The notes beneath the pieces are model-generated. The model made no database searches. It was not told where the DNA came from and saw only the letters and a list, made by a program, of their open reading frames with translations. Source: an uncultured Eubacteriales bacterium (GTDB taxonomy: Bacteria; Acidobacteriota; Aminicenantia; Aminicenantales; Aminicenantaceae). Taken from it: DNA of 64,000 bases. Positions within the stretch are counted from its first letter, which is position 1. Every line of letters starts with the position of its first letter. The stretch lies in contig CAZPBN010000001.1 of NCBI GenBank assembly GCA_964584935.1, positions 174,046-238,045 of the forward strand. Direction: 5' to 3'. Of the stretch, positions 40,327-49,458 are shown piece after piece. Made by a program: the position numbers and the translations under genes.

Positions 40327-41385
40327 TTGGGTGAATTAAAATTTATGAAAGGCAACGAAGCCCTGGGAGAGGCAGCCATCCGGGCTGGACTTCAGGGTTA
40401 TTTTGGTTATCCGATAACCCCTCAGTCCGAAGTCATAGAATATCTTGCCCGGGAAGAACCGAAATACAACTATACTCTTCTCCAGGCAGAAAGCGAGGTT
40501 GCCGCTGTCAATATGATTTATGGTTCAGGGGGGGCTGGAGGAAGAGTGATGACCACAACATCTTCTCCGGGATTCACTTTGATGCAGGAAGGAATCTCTT
40601 ATATTGCTTGTACAGAAATTCCCTGTGTCTTTGTCAATATTGTAAGAGGCGGCCCTGGATTAGGAACCATTCAACCAAGCCAGGGAGATTATTTTCAGGC
40701 AACCAAAGGAGGTGGCCATGGAGACTATAGGATTATTGTGTTAGCTCCCAATTCAGTCCAAGAAATGGTCGATCACTGCCATCTCGCTTTTAAACTGGCT
40801 GATAAATACAGAAATCCGGTAATGCTTCTTTCTGACGGAGCCATAGGACAAATGATGGAAAAAGTTGTTCTCCCTGATCCTATTCCCTACAAACCGGATA
40901 AACCCTGGGCAACCACAGGCAAAACTGCGGATAGGGAAAGGAATATCCTTACATCTCTCTATATTAAGCCAGAAGATATGGAAGAAAAAAACAAACATCT
41001 GCAGGAAAAATTCAAAAAAATTGCCAAAAATGAAGTTCGTTTTGAAGAGTACAACACAGATGATGCTGAAATAATCATAACGGCTTTCGGCCTCACATCC
41101 AGAATAGCGAAAAAGACAGTGGAACTAGGAAGAGAGGCTGGTATAAAGATAGGTTTATTCAGACCCATATCTCTATGGCCTTTTCCTTGGGATAAACTAG
41201 GTGAGATCGCCTCCAAGAATACAGTTCAAAGTTTTATTTCCGTTGAAATGAATGCAGGACAAATGATAGAGGATGTCAAACTGGCGGTCTGTGGGAAAAA
41301 GCCTGTTTACTTCTATGGCCGGATGGGAGGAATCGTCCCCGATCCGGATGAAATATTTAAAAAAATTAAGGAAATATATGAGTAA
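40327..41385 (+). CDS. 2-oxoacid:ferredoxin oxidoreductase subunit alpha
   Basis: KFMKGNEALGEAAIRAGLQGYFGYPITPQSE N-terminal signature; the delta-alpha-beta-gamma order resembles oorDABC (2-oxoglutarate type). Confidence 0.85.
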   Translation: MGELKFMKGNEALGEAAIRAGLQGYFGYPITPQSEVIEYLAREEPKYNYTLLQAESEVAAVNMIYGSGGAGGRVMTTTSSPGFTLMQEGISYIACTEIPCVFVNIVRGGPGLGTIQPSQGDYFQATKGGGHGDYRIIVLAPNSVQEMVDHCHLAFKLADKYRNPVMLLSDGAIGQMMEKVVLPDPIPYKPDKPWATTGKTADRERNILTSLYIKPEDMEEKNKHLQEKFKKIAKNEVRFEEYNTDDAEIIITAFGLTSRIAKKTVELGREAGIKIGLFRPISLWPFPWDKLGEIASKNTVQSFISVEMNAGQMIEDVKLAVCGKKPVYFYGRMGGIVPDPDEIFKKIKEIYE

Positions 41386-41400
41386 ATCGGGAGTCATAAT

Positions 41401-42159
41401 ATGATGAAAAAAGGATACGAATTACTTTATAAAAGGCCTAAAACCCTTTTAAAAAAAAGAATGCATTACTGTCCTGGGTGTTTTCATTCAACCATTCATA
41501 AACTGTTAATGGAAGTCGTAGAAGAACTGGATATACAGGAAAAAACAGTCGGTGTCTGCCCTGTGGGATGTTCTGTGTTTGCCTATGATTACATGGATAT
41601 CGATATGCAGGAAGCTGCTCATGGCCGTGCCGGAGCTGTTGCCACCGGCATAAAAAGGATGCTTTCTGATAGAATTGTTTTTTCCTACCAAGGAGACGGG
41701 GATCTCGCCGCTATAGGAACAGCAGAAACCCTTCATGCGTGCAACCGGGGCGAAAATTTCACATTTATTTTTATTAACAATGGAATATATGGAATGACAG
41801 GGGGACAGATGGCTCCGACCACCCTTGAAGGTCAGAAAACTTCAACCTCTCCTTACGGAAGAGAAGTAGATAAAGTAGGGATGCCCATGAAGATGGCTGA
41901 AATTGTCTCCGGTTTTGAAAAGGTAGCCTACGTGGAAAGAGTGAGTTGCGACACTCCAGCTCATACAAGAAAAGCAAAAAAAGCCTTAAAAAAAGCTTTT
42001 GAATACCAAATGCAAAATCTGGGAACCACCTTCATCGAAGTGGCCTCAAACTGCCCTTCGGGCTGGAAATGCACCCCAGAAGAATCTCTGGTGTGGCTAA
42101 AAGAAAAAGTATTTCCCTATTATCCACTTAAAGTCTTTAAGGAACCGAATAACAAATAA
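41401..42159 (+). CDS. 2-oxoacid:ferredoxin oxidoreductase subunit beta (TPP-binding)
   Basis: YCPGCFHS and GDG...N TPP-binding blocks. Confidence 0.85.
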   Translation: MMKKGYELLYKRPKTLLKKRMHYCPGCFHSTIHKLLMEVVEELDIQEKTVGVCPVGCSVFAYDYMDIDMQEAAHGRAGAVATGIKRMLSDRIVFSYQGDGDLAAIGTAETLHACNRGENFTFIFINNGIYGMTGGQMAPTTLEGQKTSTSPYGREVDKVGMPMKMAEIVSGFEKVAYVERVSCDTPAHTRKAKKALKKAFEYQMQNLGTTFIEVASNCPSGWKCTPEESLVWLKEKVFPYYPLKVFKEPNNK

Positions 42160-42189
42160 TATGACTAAATATTAATTGGAGTTATCAAC

Positions 42190-42729
42190 ATGTTACAAGA
42201 AATGGTATTTGCTGGATTTGGAGGACAGGGAGTTTTATCTATGGGTACGCTCCTTGCATACGCAGCAATGAAAGAGGGGAAAGAAGTCAGCTGGATGCCT
42301 TCTTACGGACCTGAAATGAGAGGAGGCACAGCCAATTGTATGGTCAACATCAGCGATAAGCTTATTTCCTCTCCCATTGTTACCGAATATGATATAGCTG
42401 TGGTGTTCAATCAACCCTCACTGGATAAATTTGAGCCAAAAGTGAAAAAAGGAGGAATTCTCATATGGGAGAGCAGCACCATTAAAAATCCTCCGACTCG
42501 AACGGACATAACAATTTATCCCATTCCTGCTATAGATATGGCTACTAATGAACTGAAAAACGTCAAAGTCATGAACATGCTGGTACTGGGAGCACTGGTT
42601 AAGATCAACCAGGTCGTCAAAAAAGAATCAATTATCATTGCTTTAAAAGAAACACTTCCAGAAAGACATCATCACTTAATACCCCTCAATGAAAAAGCAA
42701 TAGAGATGGGGATGAACCTATCCCTGTAA
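42190..42729 (+). CDS. 2-oxoacid:ferredoxin oxidoreductase subunit gamma
   Basis: FAGFGGQGVLSMGTLLAYAAM signature, 179 aa. Confidence 0.8.
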   Translation: MLQEMVFAGFGGQGVLSMGTLLAYAAMKEGKEVSWMPSYGPEMRGGTANCMVNISDKLISSPIVTEYDIAVVFNQPSLDKFEPKVKKGGILIWESSTIKNPPTRTDITIYPIPAIDMATNELKNVKVMNMLVLGALVKINQVVKKESIIIALKETLPERHHHLIPLNEKAIEMGMNLSL

Positions 42730-43434
42730 AACGTAGGATAGGGACGTGAAATAGCCTGTGATTAAGAGAATTCCCAGAATGATCAACAGAATTCCCCCTG
42801 CTATGGTGATGGCTTTAAAATATTTTCTTATAGACTTAAAATATTCAAAAAATTTATGAATCAATAATCCTGATAATAAAAAAGGCAGCCCCAGTCCTAA
42901 AGAATACACCATAAGCAACAAAATACCATTGAAAACATCCTGGGTGGTGGCCGCCATGGTGAGAATGGCACCAAGAATGGGACCAACACAAGGAGTCCAC
43001 CCCGCTCCAAAAGCCATTCCTACCAGCACTGTTCCAACAAACCCAAGAGGTTTTTTATCAAGATGGATTTTCTTTTCTCTCTCCAAAAATCCAATCTTCA
43101 AAATTCCGGCGAAATGCATTCCCAGAAGAATGACCACAGCTCCTCCTCCAATTTCAAACCATCTGATGTTCCTTGATAAGAACTTTCCCACAAAAGTCGC
43201 TGAGGCTCCCAGGGCAATAAATATAATTGAAAACCCCGCTATAAATAATAATGAATTTATAATAACTGTTTTACGAACCTTTTTTAAATTCTGGTGGAGA
43301 GACATTTCTTCAAGTGAAATTCCGGTTATAAATGCCAGATAAGAAGGAATCAAAGGTAATATACAAGGTGAAAGAAAAGAAATGATACCTGCTGTAAAAG
43401 CCACAAAAATTGAAACATTCTCAGTTCCAGGCAT
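42718..43434 (-). CDS. ccdA: cytochrome c biogenesis / thiol-disulfide transporter CcdA (DsbD transmembrane domain family)
   Basis: LSPCILPLIPSYLAF and a second conserved Cys (TPCVGPIL), 238 aa polytopic. Confidence 0.8.
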   Translation of the reverse strand: MPGTENVSIFVAFTAGIISFLSPCILPLIPSYLAFITGISLEEMSLHQNLKKVRKTVIINSLLFIAGFSIIFIALGASATFVGKFLSRNIRWFEIGGGAVVILLGMHFAGILKIGFLEREKKIHLDKKPLGFVGTVLVGMAFGAGWTPCVGPILGAILTMAATTQDVFNGILLLMVYSLGLGLPFLLSGLLIHKFFEYFKSIRKYFKAITIAGGILLIILGILLITGYFTSLSYVLQG

Positions 43435-43436
43435 AT

Positions 43437-43943
43437 TTAATGGGTCTCAGAAAATTCATTGAAGTATTTGATGAGTAATGACTTGTTCATAACTCCAACA
43501 TGTTTGTGCTTTATGATTCCATTCCGGTCAATGATAATGGTGGTCGGAATGAATCTCCCCGGCTTATAATCATTCATAATTTTTTGATTTGTCATGGCTA
43601 CAGGATAATTCATACGGTATTCTTCTACAAACTTCTTGACTTTTTCAATTCCTGCTTTATCCAACGAAACTCCCAATATTTCCATTCCCTCTTTTTTCAA
43701 TTCATCATAAACTTCAATAAAATCAGGTATTTCAACCCGGCATGGTCCACACCAGGTAGCCCAGAAATTTAAAAACAGAACTTTTCCTTTGTAATCCGAA
43801 TAAGAAATCTCATTTCCATCCAGGGTTATCAGAGAAAAATCAGGTGCCTTGGTTTCCGTTTGACCTGGAATGGCTTCTTCGGAGAAAAGATAACCAAAAA
43901 TAATGAATCCGAGTGCAGACAGTAATATAAGCGCCTTCTTCAT
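43437..43943 (-). CDS. TlpA/ResA family thiol-disulfide oxidoreductase (thioredoxin fold), exported
   Basis: WATWCGPC active site, signal peptide; adjacent to ccdA. Confidence 0.8.
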   Translation of the reverse strand: MKKALILLSALGFIIFGYLFSEEAIPGQTETKAPDFSLITLDGNEISYSDYKGKVLFLNFWATWCGPCRVEIPDFIEVYDELKKEGMEILGVSLDKAGIEKVKKFVEEYRMNYPVAMTNQKIMNDYKPGRFIPTTIIIDRNGIIKHKHVGVMNKSLLIKYFNEFSETH

Positions 43944-44154
43944 TTCACTCTCCTCTATATGTAAAATGTATAGAAATAATTTATCATATCAAATGGTTAA
44001 ATAAAATATAATACTTATATTATTTATAATATTTATAGTATATTTTAAATCCACAAAAACTGTCAATAAATATAACAAATAAAGTTATTATGGCAATCAT
44101 TGTTCAATCTTATTTGAAAATATTATTTGACTATGAAAGCTTAAGGTTTAAGCT

Positions 44155-45150
44155 CTACCACCGGTAAACAAGACTTGCCCAAGTGAAACCGCCCCCAAAT
44201 GCCGTCATTATGATTATATTGCCTTTTTTTATTTTCCCTTCCAATCGGGCTTCATGCAGGGCTATGGGAATAGTGGCAACTGAAACATTTCCGTACTTGT
44301 GTATATTGGAGACCACTTTTTCAGGTGGAATTTTGAGTCGTCTTCCAATGGCATCAATGATTCGAATATTTGCCTGATGCGGAATAAGCAAATCCACATC
44401 CTTCTTTTCCAATCCTGCTTTTTTCAAGGCTTCAAGAGAGGCTTCCCCCATCCTTTTCACAGCATTTTTGAATACTTCATTTCCACGCATATGAAGGTAA
44501 TGAAGATTCTCCTCAACTGATTTTTTCGATGCAGGAATACGGGATCCCCCCGCAGGCATATAAAGCAGATTGGAAAGATTCCCATCAGCTCTCCAATAAT
44601 GAGAAAGCAACCCGGATTCATCATTACTTTTCTCAACCACATAAGCTCCGGCAGCATCCCCAAAAAGAACACACGTGTTTCTATCTTTCCAGTTCGTTAT
44701 TTTTGTTAACATCTCTCCACCAATCAAGAGGATTCGCTTATTGGTCCCGGCTAAAATCAATCCTTCGGCTATAATCAAGGAATAGATCAAGCCACAACAC
44801 GCAGCTGAAATATCGAAAGCCGGAATGTGATCGGCTTTAAGTCCTCTTTGAACATGACAGGCTGTGGAGGGAAATATCGTATCCGGAGTTGCTGTTGCCA
44901 CCATGATCAAATCTATATCATCAATCTTTAATCCGGCATTCTCAAGAGCTCTCTTTCCTGCCATAGTGCCTAAATCGGATGTAGCCTGGTTCTCATCGGC
45001 AATTCTTCTTTCTTTGATTCCGGTTCTGGTTACAATCCATTCATCAGACGTATCGACCATTTGTTCAAGGTCATAGTTTGTTAATATTTTTTCGGGCACA
45101 TAAAACCCTGTACCAACAATCTTTATTTTTTGTTTATCTTCTTTTTTCAT
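44155..45150 (-). CDS. fabH: 3-oxoacyl-ACP synthase III
   Basis: IVGTGFYVPEKILTNYDLE, active-site SAACCG; start set to the internal ATG at 45150-45148 (MKKEDK). Confidence 0.85.
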   Translation of the reverse strand: MKKEDKQKIKIVGTGFYVPEKILTNYDLEQMVDTSDEWIVTRTGIKERRIADENQATSDLGTMAGKRALENAGLKIDDIDLIMVATATPDTIFPSTACHVQRGLKADHIPAFDISAACCGLIYSLIIAEGLILAGTNKRILLIGGEMLTKITNWKDRNTCVLFGDAAGAYVVEKSNDESGLLSHYWRADGNLSNLLYMPAGGSRIPASKKSVEENLHYLHMRGNEVFKNAVKRMGEASLEALKKAGLEKKDVDLLIPHQANIRIIDAIGRRLKIPPEKVVSNIHKYGNVSVATIPIALHEARLEGKIKKGNIIIMTAFGGGFTWASLVYRW

Positions 45151-45237
45151 TATCCCGGTAAAAGCTCTATTCTTAGCACACTTAATTTTAATTTGCAAAT
45201 AAAAATATTTACATATAGAATATATTTTCACTCTAAG

Positions 45238-46479
45238 ATGAAAACTAAACCGATATTTTTTTTTGTTTGGCTCCTTTTGATTGTCATTGCCTTAAACCTT
45301 CCTTCTCACGCCCAATTGGTTATTGGTCAATATAAAAATGAAGCTCCTCTTAGAACGTGGAATAATTTCGGAATTCTCAATGGCGTATCCACAGGCTTGG
45401 GAGGAATTCTTTTTTCAACAGCTAAAGACTGTTCCACAGCTCTTTCCAATCCGGCATTACTCAATCGTTTACCCAAGATCAATATATCAGCTAATTATTC
45501 TTTTAGTGCTGCCAGACTATATAAATATGGACTAATTAATACCGGAGCTTTATTTTCTTCTGATAAAGCATCTGTTGGGGTTCACTCTTTTGACTTTGCA
45601 GGAATTTCTTATCGATTAAAAAACTGGGCAGTGTGCTTAAATTATTCAATCCTTGAAAGTTACAGAAGGCCGGATGCTGCTTATGAATATTCCTCAAGAG
45701 AAATTCCTTACTACTCACTTGACTTCTCCCAGAAAGGACATCTCAACAACCTTAACCTTTCTATCGCAAAAAATATATTTGATTTCCTCTCTATCGGTAT
45801 CGGCTGCAATTATGCTTTTGGAACACTCAACAGAGAGATGAATGAAAACTGGTACTACTCGGATATCTATATTACCGACAAAAAAAATCATAATTTCAAA
45901 GCCTTTTTCATTAATGGGGGAATCAGTCTGGATGTGACCGAAAAATTAGGCTTGTCCGCAGTATTCAGAACTCCCTTTGTGAAAAAATCAGACAGCCAAA
46001 GCACACTGCATTACTATTCCCCTTCAGGTGACACGGATATTAAAATTGAAGCCACATCAGAAAGTCAATACAAACAACCGTTCATAGCAGGGTTTGGCTT
46101 GTTTTATCAATTCTCTGATAAGTTCAAAGCTGCTTCTGAAATTTCATTTTTCAACTGGTCAACCTACAGTGTCGATTTTTTCGGAGAACAGCTCGATAGA
46201 GAATTCAGAGATATTGTTACAATAAAGGTTGGAGTCGAATATATGTTCTCCGAAATAATACTAAAAGAAAAAGCTAATATCCCCGTGAGGGCAGGTATTA
46301 TCTATGATCCTCAACCAATGAACAAAATTCGATCAAATTATTATTATCTTTCAGTTGGAATAGGTTATCACTGGAAATTCATCCATTTTGACCTGGGAAC
46401 CTTATTAGGCATGGAAAAAGGCTCTGGAGATTCCCTCTTAGCCAGCCGGATAGCCTTTTCAACAAGTCTCTTTTTGTGA
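45238..46479 (+). CDS. putative outer-membrane beta-barrel protein (possibly FadL/porin-like)
   Basis: signal peptide (MKTKPIFFFVWLLLIVIALNLPSHAQ), alternating amphipathic strands, about 410 aa; start placed at the ATG at 45238. Confidence 0.4.
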   Translation: MKTKPIFFFVWLLLIVIALNLPSHAQLVIGQYKNEAPLRTWNNFGILNGVSTGLGGILFSTAKDCSTALSNPALLNRLPKINISANYSFSAARLYKYGLINTGALFSSDKASVGVHSFDFAGISYRLKNWAVCLNYSILESYRRPDAAYEYSSREIPYYSLDFSQKGHLNNLNLSIAKNIFDFLSIGIGCNYAFGTLNREMNENWYYSDIYITDKKNHNFKAFFINGGISLDVTEKLGLSAVFRTPFVKKSDSQSTLHYYSPSGDTDIKIEATSESQYKQPFIAGFGLFYQFSDKFKAASEISFFNWSTYSVDFFGEQLDREFRDIVTIKVGVEYMFSEIILKEKANIPVRAGIIYDPQPMNKIRSNYYYLSVGIGYHWKFIHFDLGTLLGMEKGSGDSLLASRIAFSTSLFL

Positions 46480-46506
46480 ATTGATAATTGATATAGGGTA
46501 ACAAAC

Positions 46507-47718
46507 ATGAAAACTAAAATATTCTTTTTTTCATTCTTCTTTTCTTTTATTGTCCTTTCCCATGCACAACCCATTCAAAAAAACCAAAAAATTATCAGTG
46601 TAGAGAACAATGAGGAATCAGTGAATCTGCTTTTATCCATGGAATCTGATCTTTTGATGGAATGGGATAAAAAAATCTATTTTATTGGGGGGCAAACAGA
46701 ATTAACCCTTCTAAATAAAAAAAATATATCTTACAATATCGAATACTTATCCTCCTCTTTTTATCCAAACAAGATTCCTCAAAATGCCGGAGCCAACGGA
46801 GCTTATCACTCTTATAAAGAACTTGAACAAGAAATAAACCTAATAGAAATCTCCTACCCGGAAATAGCCAAAGTTTATGATATTGGGGACAGCCTGGAAA
46901 AAAGAAATATTTATGCCCTAAAAGTTAGTGACAATGTCCAACTCAATGAATCAGAAGCAAAGATAATCTTTATCGGATGTCACCATGCCAGGGAATGGAT
47001 TTCGGTGGAAATTCCTTTATTACTTGGTCAATACTTAACTGAAAAATATTCTCTTTTGTCAAACATTAAAGACCTGATCGATAAAAGTGAAATCTGGATA
47101 ATTCCGATGCTCAATCCAGACGGACTTGAATATAGCATTCATTACTACCGGTACTGGCGGAAAAATATGCGTGATAACGGAGATGGAACTTATGGAGTCG
47201 ATCTAAACAGAAATTATAGATACAAATGGGGATATGATGATAAGGGATCCAGTTCCTATACAGGGTCTAATACTTATCGCGGCCCTTCCCCTTTTTCTGA
47301 ACCTGAAACTCAAGCGATCCGTGATCTTTTCGTTTCAAAACATTTTCAAGCTTTAATTTCATATCACAGTTATTCCCAGCTTATTTTATATCCTTGGGGT
47401 TATATCGACACGCCAGCTCAAAAGGATGACCTGTTCAACCAGATAGGCAAAAAAATGTCAGACCTCATTGAATCTGTAAATGGCAACAACTATAAATGTG
47501 TTCAAAGTGGGAAAGATTTGTATTTAACCAATGGAGACACAACTGACTGGAGTTATGGGGTCTACAATATCCCCTCCTTTACCATAGAACTCCCTCCTGT
47601 GGATATTTTCCATGGAGGATTTTTTAATGCCGAAGAAGATATCGATATCATATTTAATGAAAATCTTCCCGCTATGCTCTATTTGATTGAATGGAGTATT
47701 CAGAATTATTCGAGTTGA
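46507..47718 (+). CDS. M14 family zinc carboxypeptidase, secreted
   Basis: HAREWIS zinc-binding HxxE, NPDG, signal peptide. Confidence 0.75.
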   Translation: MKTKIFFFSFFFSFIVLSHAQPIQKNQKIISVENNEESVNLLLSMESDLLMEWDKKIYFIGGQTELTLLNKKNISYNIEYLSSSFYPNKIPQNAGANGAYHSYKELEQEINLIEISYPEIAKVYDIGDSLEKRNIYALKVSDNVQLNESEAKIIFIGCHHAREWISVEIPLLLGQYLTEKYSLLSNIKDLIDKSEIWIIPMLNPDGLEYSIHYYRYWRKNMRDNGDGTYGVDLNRNYRYKWGYDDKGSSSYTGSNTYRGPSPFSEPETQAIRDLFVSKHFQALISYHSYSQLILYPWGYIDTPAQKDDLFNQIGKKMSDLIESVNGNNYKCVQSGKDLYLTNGDTTDWSYGVYNIPSFTIELPPVDIFHGGFFNAEEDIDIIFNENLPAMLYLIEWSIQNYSS

Positions 47719-47769
47719 CAAATCCTTTTTAAAAAGATATGTAATACTGAAATATAGGGAAATTCCAAT

Positions 47770-48813
47770 ATGAGACTATTTCTAGAAAAAGTTTTCTCAA
47801 GCCAACCCCCGCCGGAGACTTTAAAAGAAGGACTTCCCTTTTGGATATTTTGGCTGCTTTTATGCGTTATCCTTCTTCTCACTGCATTCATTTTTCTCCG
47901 AGATAAAGACTTAAGAAAAAGGCTCAATAATTTTTTTTTCAACACAAAAATCAAGTTGATCAAATTACAGTATCAGGCAAGACTCAAAAGGGAATTGAGA
48001 AAAAAGGACGAATTGATTATAGAACTAGGGAAAAAAACTTGGGATGAACATATAAACAATGAAGAAAATAAAGATATCGTAAACAAACTCAATGAAATTG
48101 AAGAAGAAATCAATGTTTATCATAACAAATCAAAAGAAATTCTTTCCCAAATCGAAATCCTTAATGAACAAGTCAAAAAAGAGAACATGAAATACGATGA
48201 CAAAATTAAAAATCTTGAAGACAAAAAAGTACCTTATATCAACCAAATCTCTGAAATATCCAAAAAAATCAAATCCACAAGAAATACAATCAAAGAGAAT
48301 CATAAATCAATTTCAGAAGAGGAAAAAAACACAAAAAAGTTACAAAAACAAATCCATAAGATAAACAGAGCCGATAAATATTCAATCAATGAAAAAGAAT
48401 CCAATTCAAAAAAAATAAAAGAAAAAATTGAACATCATAAGAAGAATATATTGAAATTAAGAGAAAAAAATTCTATTCACAAAGAAAAAAAACAAGCACT
48501 CGATAAAAATAAACAAAATAATCAAAAGTCCATTTCCACTATAGAAAAAAATATTTCAGAAGCAAAAAAAGAAAAAAAACACACATTAGATCACCTTCAA
48601 AAAACCATTAAGGAACAGAAAAAAAATGATGATAAAATTCAAGATAAAATAATAAATTTAGAATCGCAAAAAAAGCTCTTGTTCATTAAATTAGGCACAA
48701 TAATGGATAAATATCGAGCAAAGAGTGACAAACTTTCTGTTTATTATTCGCAAATAGACAGAATGAACGAACGAATTCAGAACCTTGAAAATCAAATCAA
48801 AGAATTAAAATAA
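47770..48813 (+). CDS. hypothetical membrane-anchored Lys/Glu-rich coiled-coil protein
   Basis: N-terminal TM (FWIFWLLLCVILLLTAFIFL) then about 280 aa of low-complexity heptad-like K/E sequence. Confidence 0.4.
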   Translation: MRLFLEKVFSSQPPPETLKEGLPFWIFWLLLCVILLLTAFIFLRDKDLRKRLNNFFFNTKIKLIKLQYQARLKRELRKKDELIIELGKKTWDEHINNEENKDIVNKLNEIEEEINVYHNKSKEILSQIEILNEQVKKENMKYDDKIKNLEDKKVPYINQISEISKKIKSTRNTIKENHKSISEEEKNTKKLQKQIHKINRADKYSINEKESNSKKIKEKIEHHKKNILKLREKNSIHKEKKQALDKNKQNNQKSISTIEKNISEAKKEKKHTLDHLQKTIKEQKKNDDKIQDKIINLESQKKLLFIKLGTIMDKYRAKSDKLSVYYSQIDRMNERIQNLENQIKELK

Positions 48814-48906
48814 AATGTTCTATCTCTAATAATCCTTTTTATAAATTCCGATTTTATATATCCTATCATTTGTTGTTTATTCAATTTAGGGATAAAATAT
48901 ATTCTT

Positions 48907-49458
48907 ATGAAACAAAAAATATTACTCCATATTTGCTGTGCTCCTGATGGTTTATATGTCATTAATCTATTAAAAGAGAGTTATAAAATATACGGATATT
49001 ATTATAATCCAAACATACATCCTCTGGAGGAATATCAATTAAGATTGAAAGAAACGAGAAAAATTATGGATAAAATAAACATCCCTTTAATAGAGGAAAT
49101 ATATGATAAAGATTATTGGTTTCAATTGACAGATAAATTCAAACAGGAACCTGAAAAAGGAATGAGATGCAATATTTGCTATGCTATGAGACTCAAAAAA
49201 ACAGCCCAGAAAGCTGCTCAACTCAATTGTGATATATATTCGACTGTTATGAGCGTCAGCCCCTGGAAAAAAGCTGATGTCCTTAACAGAATTGGCAGGA
49301 TGTTTGGTCGAAAATACCATATAGGTTTTCTGGAAGCGAATTTTAAGAAAAAAGCCGGTTTCAAAAAAAGCGTCGAATTAAGTAAGGAATATGGAATGTA
49401 CAGGCAAAATTACTGTGGATGCATATATTCGAAACGCAATTCTTATAAATATGAATAA
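48907..49458 (+). CDS. queH: epoxyqueuosine reductase QueH (DUF208)
   Basis: LLHICCAPD N-terminal motif plus C-terminal Cys cluster (YCGCIYS). Confidence 0.8.
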   Translation: MKQKILLHICCAPDGLYVINLLKESYKIYGYYYNPNIHPLEEYQLRLKETRKIMDKINIPLIEEIYDKDYWFQLTDKFKQEPEKGMRCNICYAMRLKKTAQKAAQLNCDIYSTVMSVSPWKKADVLNRIGRMFGRKYHIGFLEANFKKKAGFKKSVELSKEYGMYRQNYCGCIYSKRNSYKYE

